Below, piece by piece: positions 13,433 to 26,357 of a stretch of DNA of 64,000 bases. The notes under the pieces are model-generated. The model had not been told where the DNA came from. It worked only from the letters and a program-made list of their open reading frames with translations, and searched no databases. This DNA is from Lingula anatina. Lineage: Eukaryota; Animalia; Brachiopoda. The translations under genes and the position numbers were made by a program. Numbering within the stretch: the stretch's first letter is position 1; each line of letters opens with the position of its first letter. The DNA lies in assembly GCA_051362555.1 (NCBI GenBank), contig CM120641.1, forward strand, positions 32,370,401 through 32,434,400, in the 5' to 3' direction.

Positions 13433-15539
13433 CGTTTTACAGATTTAGATTGTCTTCATGAACAATAACAAAAATGTTAAAATTTAGCGTGCTATATTGA
13501 GCATTATTGTTCTCTTTCTTGCAGTATGCCAGAACTGGAGAAAGATATACAGATTCTTAAAAGTGGACTTAAAGAAATTGAAAAGGTATGGGGAGATTGA
13601 ATTGAAATGGAATTCAATTGAAATTATTTATTCCATAACAATCCATTAGCTAAAACTATTAGTTTTACATCAGTGCATTAATCTTTGTTTCGCAGAGTAA
13701 AACTGAGGTTTTTGTAAGATGACTTGTATGTTTTGAATAAACAACATTTGTGTAAGAAAAATTTTAAGAAAACCCAGCATACTTGAACCAATAAGTCTAC
13801 AAATAATATTTTCCAATCCCAGGAAATAGAATTTCACAGGCACCGACAGCTAGAGCCAGATGACAAATTTGTCTCTGTTATGTCAGACTTTATCACGGTG
13901 GCAGCATACAATTATTCTGAGTTGGATGATCTAGTCAGTGAGATGAGGCAGAAGGTCAGTGAGATGACTTGGTTTTTGTGTTGGTGGTTTTATATCATAT
14001 TGTTGCTTCAAAAAGTTTACGAAGGCTTAACCCCAATTTTGACACATTGCTGATAATTATCAGACAAAGGGAAAAGTTAAGTCCCATGAGATATCTATGA
14101 AAATCTTTAGAAACCTAAAATTGTGGATAAATTATCAGTTAAAAAAAATTAATTGAACAATCTCTATATGGATACATTTCATGCAGTTACATGTATGTGT
14201 GGTGACTAGATACAGACCATTTAAGACAATATCTCTATAAAGACATTACTCTCACAATAAATTAATACCATAAATGCTTTTAAATTCTTTCAAATTGTGA
14301 TATGAATTCCAGTATGACCAGGCAACGAGATTATTTGGTGACGACCCAAAAAACAGTCAGCCTGAGGAATTCTTTGGTACAGTAGATGCTTTCTTGACAT
14401 CCTTTGCTGAGGCCAGGCAAGAAAATGAGAAGTTTAAGAGGCAGAGGGAGGAAGAAGAAAGAAGGGCTAAAATTGATGCACAGGTGAGGACTTTCTCATT
14501 TTGTTGATCTGAACCGTATTTTATTCACTTACTTTCTGTGACCCATGACTGTATTTAATATCAGCAGGGTTTACTTTAGTTTAATGTATGTGTATCATGT
14601 AAAGTTTGGCTTTAAGAAGAATTCATCAGTTTGAAGAATAAAATCTACCAGCACTATGTTTTTGAATGTTGACCATGTAAAACCTGGGTACGTACTATTG
14701 TGGGTTATTTTTTTAATGACAAGAATGGTGTTTCTTTTTGCAAATATACAATATTTCTTTGTGCAGTGATAAAGTAACATTTAAAAATGCCCATCGCTTA
14801 CATGTATCCTTCAGGATGATAGATTTTATGTCAGTTTCAATATGTATAATTATGTTTGTAGATGAGAGCTGAAAGAGAGAGACAAAAAGCAACCAGAAGA
14901 CCCTCTGACAGAAGAAATGATGAAAAGGGAGAAGGTATGGTGACGAAACATGTTGTATTCTTACATAAAACAAGTTTGTCAAATATAATGATGTGATAAA
15001 GACGACTTTTATGTGTGTAGTATGAGGAACCCAAAATAACCGTCAGACTTTTTATCTAATACAAATTGATTTCTTTTGCTTATTAGTAACGTGTGATATT
15101 ATCATTGTTCTGCAGCTAACAATGTGAGTTTTTTTTGTTGAATTTTGATATTAAGTATTTTTAATTTTTTTTTAATTTTAATGACAATAGGAGTCACCAA
15201 AAAGTGTAAAAGGAACTTGTGTATAGAAGCCAACATGTATCTAGTATTATTATTATTATTATTATATAATTGTTCTTGCACATGTATCTGTAAATTGTTT
15301 AATCATGTTCAATGTGTGATTAGGTCATATACCCTCTGTAAACTTTGCTTTAGTACCAGTACAGATTATATAAATAATAATACTCTATTTTAGGAGAATT
15401 TGATGACCTCATCTCAGCTCTCAGAACTGGGGATGTATTTGACAAAGACTTAGCAAAAATGAAGAGGAATCGCAGACGACCGAGTGCAGGCCGCGCAGAT
15501 ACAAGAGAGAGGGTAGGAACTCTGAAGTCAGTGGCTTAA
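736..15539 (+). CDS. DAAM: DAAM-family formin (Dishevelled-associated activator of morphogenesis), 5'-partial; 20 coding exons
   Basis: GT-AG exons in continuous frame: 736-846, 2677-2780, 3043-3109, 3739-3856, 4977-5109, 6243-6369, 6893-7015, 10110-10359, 10642-10739, 11005-11049, 11397-11660, 11832-11938, 12247-12335, 12508-12722, 13170-13231, 13525-13585, 13823-13954, 14313-14483, 14862-14934, 15394-15539 (TAA). They encode the FH3 region ([27 protein letters not shown]), a coiled coil, poly-Pro FH1, FH2 ([46 protein letters not shown]) and the DAD ([16 protein letters not shown] plus basic KRNRRR). N-terminal exons lie upstream of the window. Confidence 0.96.
1346..1579. mobile_element. 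MITE with long terminal inverted repeats (Tourist/PIF-Harbinger-like)
   Basis: Imperfect TIR of ~65-70 bp (ggctgtgttcagattaaa...ggggattcttgctaa vs ttagcaagaatcccc...tttaatcagaacagcc), flanked by TTA on both sides; no coding capacity. The superfamily is inferred from the TTA/TAA target site. Confidence 0.75.
7043..9752 (+). mobile_element. Non-autonomous Helentron-like element (HINE/DINE-1 architecture), family A, in a DAAM intron
   Basis: T-run, then a 5' hairpin atgtacagacac-agat-gtgtctgtacat (7048-7075), a (GCCGAT/GGCGAT)n microsatellite, internal ~159-bp tandem units (8121, 8280, 8439), a 3' subterminal IR tgtctgtacat (9720-9730), a short stem-loop gacagc-ttt-gctgcc and a CTTG|TT end. A closely similar inverted copy lies at 34472-37482 with the same boundaries. 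Confidence 0.82.
10368..10402. repeat. (GT)n microsatellite
   Basis: Dinucleotide run directly after the FH1 exon donor. Confidence 0.9.
10493..10546. repeat. (CT)n microsatellite
   Basis: Dinucleotide run with one interruption. Confidence 0.9.
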
Positions 15540-18500
15540 AACTCCATTATTAAGACCGGGTGCTGGCACCAATATGACTTCGTTTCCAAACCATGACTCC
15601 ATTTTTGTAAACCCTGGGATATGATAGAAATCAAGAACCAAGTGCCTGAAGATTTTTTTCCTGTCACAACTGGGAAATGACTGATTGCAATCGACCACAC
15701 ATTACATACAGGTACAGTGAGGAAAAGGTTTCACTAGCGCGGCCTAGGTTTGTTACCATGGTGCTGACAGATTGTTATACCTCGAAAATGGGCCCTTAGA
15801 CCTTTTTTCAAATTATGTGCACGCAGGCAAACTTACACAGAAATCTTGTGAAAATATGGTACTTCCCACATCTAGAAGAGTTTATTAAAGATGTACAATA
15901 TTTGCTGATGTTGTTGGATGTGAAAATGCATTGTGGGTATTTGAGTGTATTTTTAGATTTATCTAGAAAACACATGAAGAAGAAAATGCTGGGAGTCATC
16001 ATTAAACATTGGCGAAAATGCAATAAGGGGAATTGGTCATTGTAATCTTAGACATGTGCACTTGCAGCCTAATGTTACAGAAATTAAATTTTACATCGAG
16101 TAACAGCAGCAGACTTGCAGCACTAATTTCCTTTATTTAAACATTCAGATTATCAAGTGGCCAAAGTTTAAAGTGTTCTTGGCAGTGTTTCCAATGCTTT
16201 GTACCAGAACTTCGCATTCCATGTCACAATGGCACAATGAAGTCAAAATAAAAACCCAACTTTTCAGAGATATAAGAGGACTCTTTAACTTGTCTTTGTG
16301 TGCTACATTGTACCTACTTCTGCAACATATTCCAAGACAAGTATAGGCGGTTATTTTGGATTTCTTTGTTTTACCAAAAGTATCCCTCAAGATGAAGTAC
16401 ACAAAACAATATACAATGTACTGCTTTGTCTTATTTTTGTAAGATGAACCTATGACAAGTTTTGGGTCTAGGATGAGATAATGCGTGTATTTATATGGTT
16501 TGTCATGTTATAATGTCCAGATTTGTGTTACATGTTTACTTTTGTTTCATTTATTGTTGCTGAGGGATTTAAAAAGAGTCCTGCCTTAACTGGTGAATGT
16601 TACATTATTCTAGTGTTTGGCTGCTGAGACTATTGTTTATGCTTTTTTTACATGCCAATTTGTGAAATGATGTTTTTTTTTCTTAGTACATTAATTGGAA
16701 ATTTACTTATGTAAATGTTACTTACAGAGATAACTGTTTACTAATTTAATATAAAGGCAATTATCTTTAGATAAATTGTCAAACTGTAGTTTTGGGGGGA
16801 AGGCTTAACATAACATGGCAGACTTTTAGATAATACAAGGTTATTTATTTGATGTATGCAGGCAGGGGCTCTTAATTGTACTTTAAAATGGCAGAAATTT
16901 CAGAAATCTGTGTTTTTGGCTTATTTAAAATTGATCAATTTTTTATTTAGTCTTCATATCATTGTAGATAAATTTAATCCTCTATGTTAATGTTGTAAAA
17001 TTTGTGATGTATTTATTATTTCAGTAAAAAAATTATAATAATTATAATATCTTGATAAAACATTGTTGTTTTATTGATTTAAAATGTCATTGGTGAAATA
17101 ATTTTCTTTTTTGGAAGATTATGTTTTTGAGGTCTTTTGAGTGTCTTTGAATCCCCAAAAGTTTGGAAGCAGTCTGTTTGTGTTACATGAACAGTATATT
17201 TTGAGCACATGTATAGCATACAGGCATTAAAACCTTGAAACAATACTTGACATAACACAAAAATCCCTCAAGTTGATTCTTCAGATTGACTATTCAAAAA
17301 TCATGCCAGTTGAGATATTAGAGTACTTAGTACTGAAGACTGTCACTACTAGCTGACATCCTTTGAAATGAAGATATATAATCAAACCATTCACAAAATG
17401 AGCAGGATCTTTCAAATCACACAACTAAAACAGTGGGCGTCCAAATCGGTTGTAATACGTACCAGTAATCTATATACAACAATTCAGCAAGGTGTATATG
17501 ATATACACTAGTGCAGAGCACATGCATAGGTATTGGTGATTATAAGTCAATGATTGAGTTCTCGTGGAATACCATGCCCACCCTCTCCCCCTCCGCTTGG
17601 ATCCCACAGTGGTACACATTTTGAAGAAACACCAATATCTCGTGGTCAGCATCCTGGGATGCTTTGAATTTTGTTTACTGAGAATATTGTTGCAACAACG
17701 TACTTTGATGGAAAACAAGCCAATCTTTCTTTTACCAAAAGAATGTATTTGTACACATTGTATGTTAATTGTAGAATGTTCAAATTTTGTCATTTATTCA
17801 ATTGTGCAAAGGAAACGGATTCCGTGCACGAGTGCCTTCAAGTCACCTAGCTAGTATAGTTGAGAATGAAGTTTATCGTAATTGCTTTAAATCACAGCTA
17901 ACACACTACCGTATGTCTCTTGATTCATTGTGACGGCAGTCATCGGCAATGGAAGTTGATAAGATTGTGGAATACGTGTAAATGAAGTATCTCTTTTTGT
18001 GACGTAGTCAAGAATGAGAGCACAGCCAGAAGTAAATTCCACTGCACATCTTACACTTTCCCTGGCTTCAAGCAATGAACACTTAGTCGCTCCTAGGTAC
18101 CGAGTACTGATAATTCGATTTTACTTGCTCTCCTAGCATTTTTCAGAGGCCTCCGTTGTCAAAGTCACTAAGCATCGTTGCTGTCTTTATAATTGGGGAT
18201 GTAAGGATCAGTTTTTTCATCAGCACTTGAAACGGCAAAGGTTACCTGGCTCTGGTATTGTACATGTGTTCTTCGTAAATGTTCTTATTGTCAGCTTTTT
18301 TTATTTACAAAAAATAAATAAATTAATAAATAAAAATGAAGAAATTATTAAAGACGATTGTAGGATATGTGTTTAAGATCCATATGTAAGCTCTTATTGC
18401 TGGTGCTTTTCTTTCCCTCATGATGTCAAAAAATCGTTCGGAAAATCGTATACAATTTCATTGAACGGCGCCCGTGGCAAATGTGATCTAGGCTTTAGGT

Positions 18501-21102
18501 ATGACGTGACTTGCAAGAGCTTTTACAGTTTCCATAGCATTAACATTATGATTTTAGAATGTTCAACGACACCTGTGGAGGTGCAGAGTATAGGGCCCTA
18601 GTTCTTGAAGTAGGGGAAATTGTACCGCTCCTATTCTATTAAGCTTCCCTAATACAATATTGCGCAACAATGTCAAGATCTCTTGATGGGTCGCTCTTGG
18701 TAATCAATATATTGCATTTATTATAAGCGTCACGCTGAAATCACTTGTGTAGAGAAAGCTAGAACAGAAAGATAAAGCACAGGTATACGGAAAGGAAGAC
18801 AACATGCATGCACTGCCCTAGTTAAATAACAGGTGGTGACAACCCGATACCCATTCATGGTGAAAGTGAAATATTTGGGTAATATGTAATATCATTACCT
18901 ATTGTTGCTGTATGTTGGTAAATTTTACATTCCAATCATAACACTATCATACCTAATGACCTGCTGATGAATCGTTTACCTGAATTGCAATTTTCTGCTC
19001 AATGATTTCATCACACTGCTTGTGTTAAGTACGGCACAGGTGGACACCTGGCACTACCCTAGGTTCTAGATTCCGGTATTGTCAGCTCGATCTTGATTTC
19101 ATATATAACGAGGTATATTTAGCAAGCTAGCTTTTACGTTTCTCTGACACTCAGGGTACCTGGCACTGGTTACACGAAAGAATTTTAGCCCGAAAATTGG
19201 GCTGAACTGTTTCGGTCTACATTGACTCAAGATAAATCTATGGAATCCAATGGATGAAATATGACACCGGCTTTATAAAAAGAAAATAAAGATGTAACGA
19301 TAATGTTTAAAAGTTATATTGATAATATTTGCAACTAACAGCAGTTGGATTGTACAACTATGCGCGGTATATATAAATACAGTGCGGTATAGTGCAGTAT
19401 GTATAGAACAGTTTGACGCCTGTTGACTACATAGTGAGACAATACTATACTAACCTTACTATTGAACTTTCGTTACAATGTCCAAGCTTTAATCAAGTTA
19501 ACTACTATGAATAATTCTTGAACTGAAGTCGACCGAATTTCGGCAAAAAAGTTAATTTGTGAAACTGGACCCTCAAGATGGGTATGCCAACTGTGAACAG
19601 GCGTGAACGGGACGCCATAAGCGCACTTCTTGTTGTCAGCCGAGCAGATTATAAAACCATTACATCCAGCGTGTCTAACGAGCAGACCTTAGGAGGGTTC
19701 AATGGTTTTGTAGAATAAATATTTTCCTACAAATTATCAACCCTTAGAAAATATGTAGGATATGTTACTTTTGAAACATTTTTGTCGGCATTTATGCCCA
19801 CGGCATATACATATGTATTTTTATACGGTACGGTGCACACGTTTTATTTGCAGTTCAAGAGTATTCTCCTAGATACACACACACGCCGAGTGTCTATTTT
19901 TAAGTGTGTTCATCGAGAGATTGCTAACACTGACTACAGCATTTCCCCAAGGATAAAATGACATCTGGAAATAAAGGCAATCGATGGCTAAAGAAGAGTA
20001 CAATACTCACACAGGCGTAGGAGCTGTGGGGGTGGGGGGTGGGGGAGGGTGGCTAATTGCGTGTGGGGGGGGGGGGGGAGGGGGTGCAAAACGGACCACC
20101 AGAACTATGGTCTCTAATAGGTGGTAACTTATTAGTTAGTAAACAGCAATGAGATGTACGAACTTATGTGCCAAAGTAAATTACACATCTTAGCTCTTTT
20201 TTTCAAAGATAGTCGTTGTTGGCAGCGCTTCACTGACCAAAGCTTTATCACGATACTCTGAATACTTACCCTAACATCAAGGTGTTAACCCCATGAATGG
20301 ACCAGTATGCCCATGACATTGTTCAGTTCAATCGTTCGCATATCTTACCGCAATAACTGTCAGGTAGAATCTCTCTTGTTGAAGAAAATCGTCAAAGAAG
20401 AACGGACTGCCATCACTGTCGTGGACATCTACTGGGGTCAGGAAATGGATCACTGAGTATCCACGCAGATGCAAAATACTAAGTTTTTTTCGGACAAATG
20501 ATGTACTGGGGGCAATTTAAGTCCCCCCAAATTAATGTTCACATCCTAAAATTCATAACACAAAGCGTGTATTATTCTCTCGTGGTCGTCGCGACCAGAG
20601 TAAGATAGGCAAATGATATGTTCCGTAGTAAACAGTGGAGCAGATGTCACCCCTGTCTCTGTCCACTCAAATTGTATGTTGTCCACCCAAATTTTGTTCA
20701 CAAAATGGCCTCTGGTTTTGATCTAATTTTATACAGAACTTTTGTAAGACGTTTGGACGAGGGTTAGTTGTACACGTTTTTGTATTGCGGTCCTCATCAG
20801 TGTAAACGTGGCAAAGAAAAAACGGTTATGCCAATCAACCTTACTATTCAAGTACTTTTACTTCAAATGCCACATTTAGGCGAATGAAGAATAATACATA
20901 GAGATGTGGGAATAGTGGAACGTTATAAAACGTGTATCTTGAACAAAAATCGATTTTAGGCTCGTTTTTTGATTTTTTGATCAACATGATATAAATAATT
21001 GATCTCCAATTTCCCTCTCTCTGTGTCTCAGTCATATCTGCTTTATTTTTCATCTCATATTGATTTCCAGCGTCGACATTTATTATGTGTGTACATCCCA
21101 AG

Positions 21103-21600
21103 GAAGACACTGGAAGAAGAGTAAAACTAACGGTGTCCTAAATTATTGGCTTTAGATGTACTGGGGTATGCCAACAGGAACTGATCCTATAAAGAGGCCA
21201 GCATCCTAATACATCTGATCAAATTCATAGCAACCACATCAATTTGGTTATATCTAGCTTATTATAAGCAATATATTGTAACCGATTATCACCAAGTTTT
21301 GGTCACGGCATAGTTTACAGCACTGTTCTCAATTATTTGGGTTATTATTTTGATTTTACCGTCAATTAATTTAACTAGATTAGGAAAATCATTTGAGATT
21401 AACATAAATAAAATCTGTCTTAATTGACCAAGCATCAATCGACTTATATATTGTATTTGCTACTTATCTCTTCAATTGTTGGTTGAATTACTGGGATGGA
21501 GGAAATATAAAATGATAGGGTCAGTTCCTGCTGCCATCCATCTAAAATCAATTATTGAAGAGACCGTTAGTTGGACTTTTATTCTTCTTTTAATGTCTTG
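21103..21600. mobile_element. Old, diverged MITE-like foldback element
   Basis: Imperfect ~80-bp inverted repeat: aagaagagtaaaactaacggtgtcc...caggaactgatcctat (~21114-21190) vs atagggtcagttcctg...accgttagttggacttttattcttctt (~21516-21590), with a ~320-bp AT-rich spacer. Confidence 0.5.
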
Positions 21601-22159
21601 CTATCTCACTTTTGGAAAGTAAGGCGTTTAATAACGTTAAACCTAGTAAACGCATAAAAATTCTACATATACCCTAGAACAAAACTTCATTTATATAAAG
21701 TGCATGGGAATTATAAAAATCTATGCAAGAGTTTCCGCGTGGAAAATAATTGAAAACCTCAGGGAATTCGTTCTGATCGTTTTGTTTAAAATCCTAAGAA
21801 CTGTTGCATTGAGGCAACGTGTGCGTAGTCTGCCAGGAGCATTGAGATAATGCGAAGGGCAAGATGGGACCACAAGATAAAAAAATCAATTTCAGAGTTA
21901 TTTTAATACCTGTGTATCATGAAATGTTCGTTATAGCATAGTATAAAGATGTCGTAGGTTTCAGTATCATGCAATTTCACATTAAGTTACTATAGGCATG
22001 ATAACGAAACTGCAGGTAATCACGAAGATTAATCTCATGTAACAGAAAACTAAATCTTTTTCTGTCTTTGGGAAATTTGGCCTGCAGTCCTGAACAGTAA
22101 GCTAGGAATCTATTCTCCCCAACGGTAGATGCCATCATTAAACTCATATAGTGAATGTG

Positions 22160-22162
<3 letters not shown>

Positions 22163-22207
<45 letters not shown>
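22163..22207. repeat. (AG)n microsatellite
   Basis: Pure dinucleotide run. Confidence 0.9.
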
Positions 22208-22209
<2 letters not shown>

Positions 22210-22485
22210 AAATCAGTTAAACGAATAAAACTTTTAAAGATAGACTACTTTGTTTCTTTGATTTGTATTTTGTCACATAAGAACACGTAGCACCTTCAGT
22301 TCACGTCTTACCGCCAGCGAGAAATACACAAACAAAAACTGGCACATTCCTGAAGTCAAAAATAAAAAAGGAAACAATAATGAGGGCTGTGTGATACCCT
22401 AGGGGGTAGCAGCTTTGTGAAAGTGGAAACCATGGTGACGGGGTCTTCAAAAGTCACTCCCCACCTGCATGGTGTGTTGACCCTC

Positions 22486-22522
22486 TATATAAAGACGCAG
22501 CCGTAAATTTACATTAACAGTT
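22486..22522 (+). promoter_or_regulatory. Candidate TATA + Initiator core promoter
   Basis: TATATAAAG at 22486-22494 with CAGTT (Inr-like) ~31 nt downstream, followed by a possible donor aa|gtaaca at ~22550. Confidence 0.35.
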
Positions 22523-23073
22523 GTTCTTAGGGTCGTCGTTTTAACCCAAGTAACATAACCCTGTCCTTTTAATAGTTAGAACTGCTACCATACCACTTGT
22601 TTGTATGGTGGTCGGATAAAGTATGGAGGGTTATCAGGGCTCAGTGAGATAACGTACTGCTCCTGTGAAATACAGCGTCCAGCACCTACAGTATTCAGTG
22701 TATAGGCCCAAGTTGCAGGTGCATTTAGCTTTAAGGGTTAACTGGCGTTGACATAAAGTACCAATATTTGGCTATTGTGATATGATCCACACTTAATCTG
22801 ATAAAAATCGTAAAGAAATGTTGACATAATTTCAAACACCGTCTGGTCAGTGAACTAAGGGGCTTATAAATATATTCACAATTTCAACCCCCAGTTTCTT
22901 CCCACTGCCTTTCGTAGTCTCTTAACTGTCCGAATTTACTTGATGCAGACTGCATTGTTCTTTACAGCTGGTCCTTACTTTCAGAAAACTATGAAAACTG
23001 TATGCACATTCTCATCATTGTCTCTGACAATATTTGGTATGAAAACATCACGACGTAACAGATCAATGAAGTC

Positions 23074-23382
23074 TCATCTTTGCGTGGCATTTTCTTGAAG
23101 TTGAAGTTCATCGATTTTACTCTCGATTGCCTTAAGCTTTGACCCTAACTCTGTTTTCCAATCGTTCAAACTTTTGGTATTGTTATTGTCACTGAACAGT
23201 TGTAGTAATTCCTCCAGCTCAAACTGCAGCTCACCGGCATCCTTCAGAACATTGTCCAGTTTGGACCCGAAATCCTGAAATTCCTGGTTCATGGTTCTAA
23301 TTTCATTGAGGAAGGGTGTAGTACCTTGAGAACCTTGGTTGACCAGCTCGCTGTGTGACATTGAAGAAGTTCCGGGCACAAA
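23074..23382 (-). CDS. Orphan coiled-coil ORF/exon (95 aa from ATG 23361), product unknown; possibly a retroelement ORF1 remnant
   Basis: Open frame of ~100 codons with heptad-like L/E/K/Q composition (LDNVLKDAGELQFELEELLQL; LKAIESKIDELQL), preceded by an acceptor-like cttcacatttcag. No family recognised. Confidence 0.4.
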   Translation of the reverse strand, partial: FVPGTSSMSHSELVNQGSQGTTPFLNEIRTMNQEFQDFGSKLDNVLKDAGELQFELEELLQLFSDNNNTKSLNDWKTELGSKLKAIESKIDELQLQENATQR

Positions 23383-25349
23383 CTGAAATGTGAAGTGACA
23401 CTTAATTTGATACAGTATCAGCACTTGACCCGATTTCACGTGGCTACTGAACGAGGAAATCCTGTGTGGAGCACACTTATCAGCTAGCCGCTATCGTCAA
23501 ACTGACACCAACTCTGTTAAATATGTTGTAATACTAAATATATGTAGATTCGCTGAATAAATGACTGCAGTATCCTGTACTGCTACGTTCGTCTACCCGG
23601 TCTCCTATTAATGATCTGATGATAAACAATGCTCTGAGCGTTCTCTTGTAATACATCAGATGTTGGCTAAATAGGCATGCGCTCCGGGTAGTGCGCTTTT
23701 AACAGTGAACACATTTATTTATCTAATGGCTTCCTTCCAAAATTAGATTCGTCTAATATCAAATTACTGAATGTGGTTGCCTGGAAAAATTAATTTGAGA
23801 AAAATCGATGCTCATCACAAAACTTTGTTTTTTTAGCATCGCCTGAAGTATCTTCACCAAAATACAATTTGACCTACAGACAGTATAAATACTACCTGTC
23901 ATCCTCACGCCTGCATTCTCTGTGTGTTACATAGATATACTTAGGAGCTTGAACTGATAACCCGTAGATAGAGAATTTCAATTATTGGGATATCTCTGAC
24001 AAAATATAGCACCAAAACAGCTGTTTAATAAATCACGTGGATCTTACCGTCACGCCTTCTTTTCGGTAGAACGAAATATATATCTTCGCTGATGTGTCCT
24101 TTTTCAAAGAGAATGAGCGTACCATGGAACTCTTTAGTGTTAGTGTGAAAGTCAACACCTATAGAAATTCTCGGTCTAGATGACACCTCAATACTTTTCA
24201 CATCTCGTTGATGACAGAAAAATCTATATCACCGAGTCACAACTTCGTCAAATATTTACACAAAACAGGCACAATTTCAATACCAGCTTATCGCGGTTCT
24301 CTAGCTGTTTAAAATATAACACAAGCAAACACTTCAGCTCGTTTAATCCTACGTGCTCCCGACACACACGCTCCGTATAATTATGGAATCATTCTAGCAT
24401 GAATATGACCCGACTTCGTACCATTTTCTCATTAGTATTCTCTTCCCTAAGATATGTAGACGTATATCTCTTTAAATCTATAACCAATTACTGACTAAAA
24501 CCACCCATTTACAATGCTCCGTACGTATGGCTTACGCACCTGGCAAAATACGTAATAGCCCTCAGCAATGGTTTCCTGGCGTCAGCTTGTTATTCCACGT
24601 GTATTATGCCCGCATTTCAGAAACTGGGAACAGTAGGCAAAACTGCACAAATGGAAGGCTGTTAAACACTGGTGTACCTTGTAGTTGGAGTGATTTTCTT
24701 GATTTATGTCACACAAAACGTTGTGGTCTAGCGTCTCATTATGACACCAAACAAGCGCTCCGTGGTAACCGCCGGTGATAAAGATGTCTCAGGTCAGTGA
24801 GAAGAGACTTGGCCTTTGTTTTGTGGTGAGGGACACGCACAATAAAACTGCGGTCTAGGGCAGATACATAGCTTTCTTGTACTAAATACGGATATATCAA
24901 GCTGTGATTATTTTCATACAATGCCATTTATATATGAGAACCCGCATAGAGGCCTACACGTGGGTGTGCATAAATGGATAGGGAAGGGGCGATGCATTAG
25001 TTGTGCCAATAAGATGTGGAAAAATGCATTTTCTTTTCATATTTGACTTGTACTGACATTAGCTGGGAACCGCATACTCGTTATTCTATCTGACTGGTAC
25101 CCAATGTATTTTGCTAAAAAAGCTTTGGTTAGGAAATCATTTGTACAAAAAAGCGTCAGTTTTACACTTATTGGTGCTGTGCAGATAGCCCCAGAAGGAA
25201 TCAACCTATACTGTATGTTTAATATCGAAAGATTCATTCTTTTCTGTTTTTCTTAAACTCATCTTTTTAAAGATCCTAGCTTATTGCACACATAAGGTCT
25301 TTTAAATTAACTAAGGCACAGAATACATGTGCTACATGTATGTCATTAA

Positions 25350-25564
25350 GGCTGTATTCCCAGAGCTTTTAGATCGATCTATCCTCGCGGGGAGTCTCAC
25401 TAGATAACTGTCAGATAATCCGGCTTAAATGTCCGTCCCGCCTACTACAAGCTGTAAGGGGGTAATTAACTTTCGTGTCCGCCCGGCTGACAGCTATTTA
25501 GCGTGAACCCCCAGGGAGTTAGGTCGATCTAAAGTAGATGGATCTAATCTCTGGAAATGGGCTC
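25350..25564. mobile_element. Hairpin MITE, family B copy 1 (intergenic)
   Basis: Imperfect TIRs (attcccagagcttttagatcgatcta / tagatggatctaatctctggaaat), TAA flanks; second copy at 48782-48990. Confidence 0.75.
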
Positions 25565-26357
25565 TAAGAGTCCACAATCTCATTTACTCAGTATCGCAGG
25601 TAAGCTAAAGCTGCACGTGCGTTTGAATTCATCAAGCGTCTTTATCACAAAGCACTTATTACCATTTTTCGATTGTCGTTAAAAAGCAAACGCCAAGATC
25701 AAATGACTAATTTTAGTATTAAACTGGTATTATTTAATCACCACAGCACCAAGAACGTAAACTTATTTTAAAATAAATGATCAAAATTAAAAGAATTAAT
25801 TCTGCTAACAATTAAAGGGCCTTTGCCAGCAGCTGCATGGAAATAGCCAGACCAATTCTCTGATCTATAGGTCAAAGCGTGCAAGCTGTCTTACTCGAAC
25901 GATTTTATAAATTACCCCAGCTGTCACATCGCCCATTATAGATGTCATGAAAACGTTTATTATCCAAAATCTAGAACCGCTTTAGTGACTTTGGTCAGGG
26001 ACATAGAAGAAAACACCTCTCATTTTTCAAATTACGCAACGTCTTGCTTTCTTTGCCTACGGGATTTATCTGTCTATATTCACAATTTTCCGCCCCCACA
26101 ATTTGAAAAAAATAAAATGGGCATATGCTGGACTCTCTTCTTGCCCACACTTTTAAACATAGAAAAAAAGCATTAGAACAAAAACTTCAGTCCTGTCTAA
26201 AACTGACCACAATGTATCTGGTCAATAAATATTTGCTAGTTAAAATTCTTAGCACAACAAAATTATTAGATCATTACATCCAAACCGATAAAAATTGAGC
26301 AAATATGAGGTTTTATAGTGAATGTCATGTTATTCTTGCAATAGTTCATGATAAGTC

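Noticed and set aside
17887-20480. Short ORFs and splice-like signals (17887-18075, ~18980-19050, 20349-20480)
   Set aside because: They could not be joined into a consistent frame and no family was recognised.
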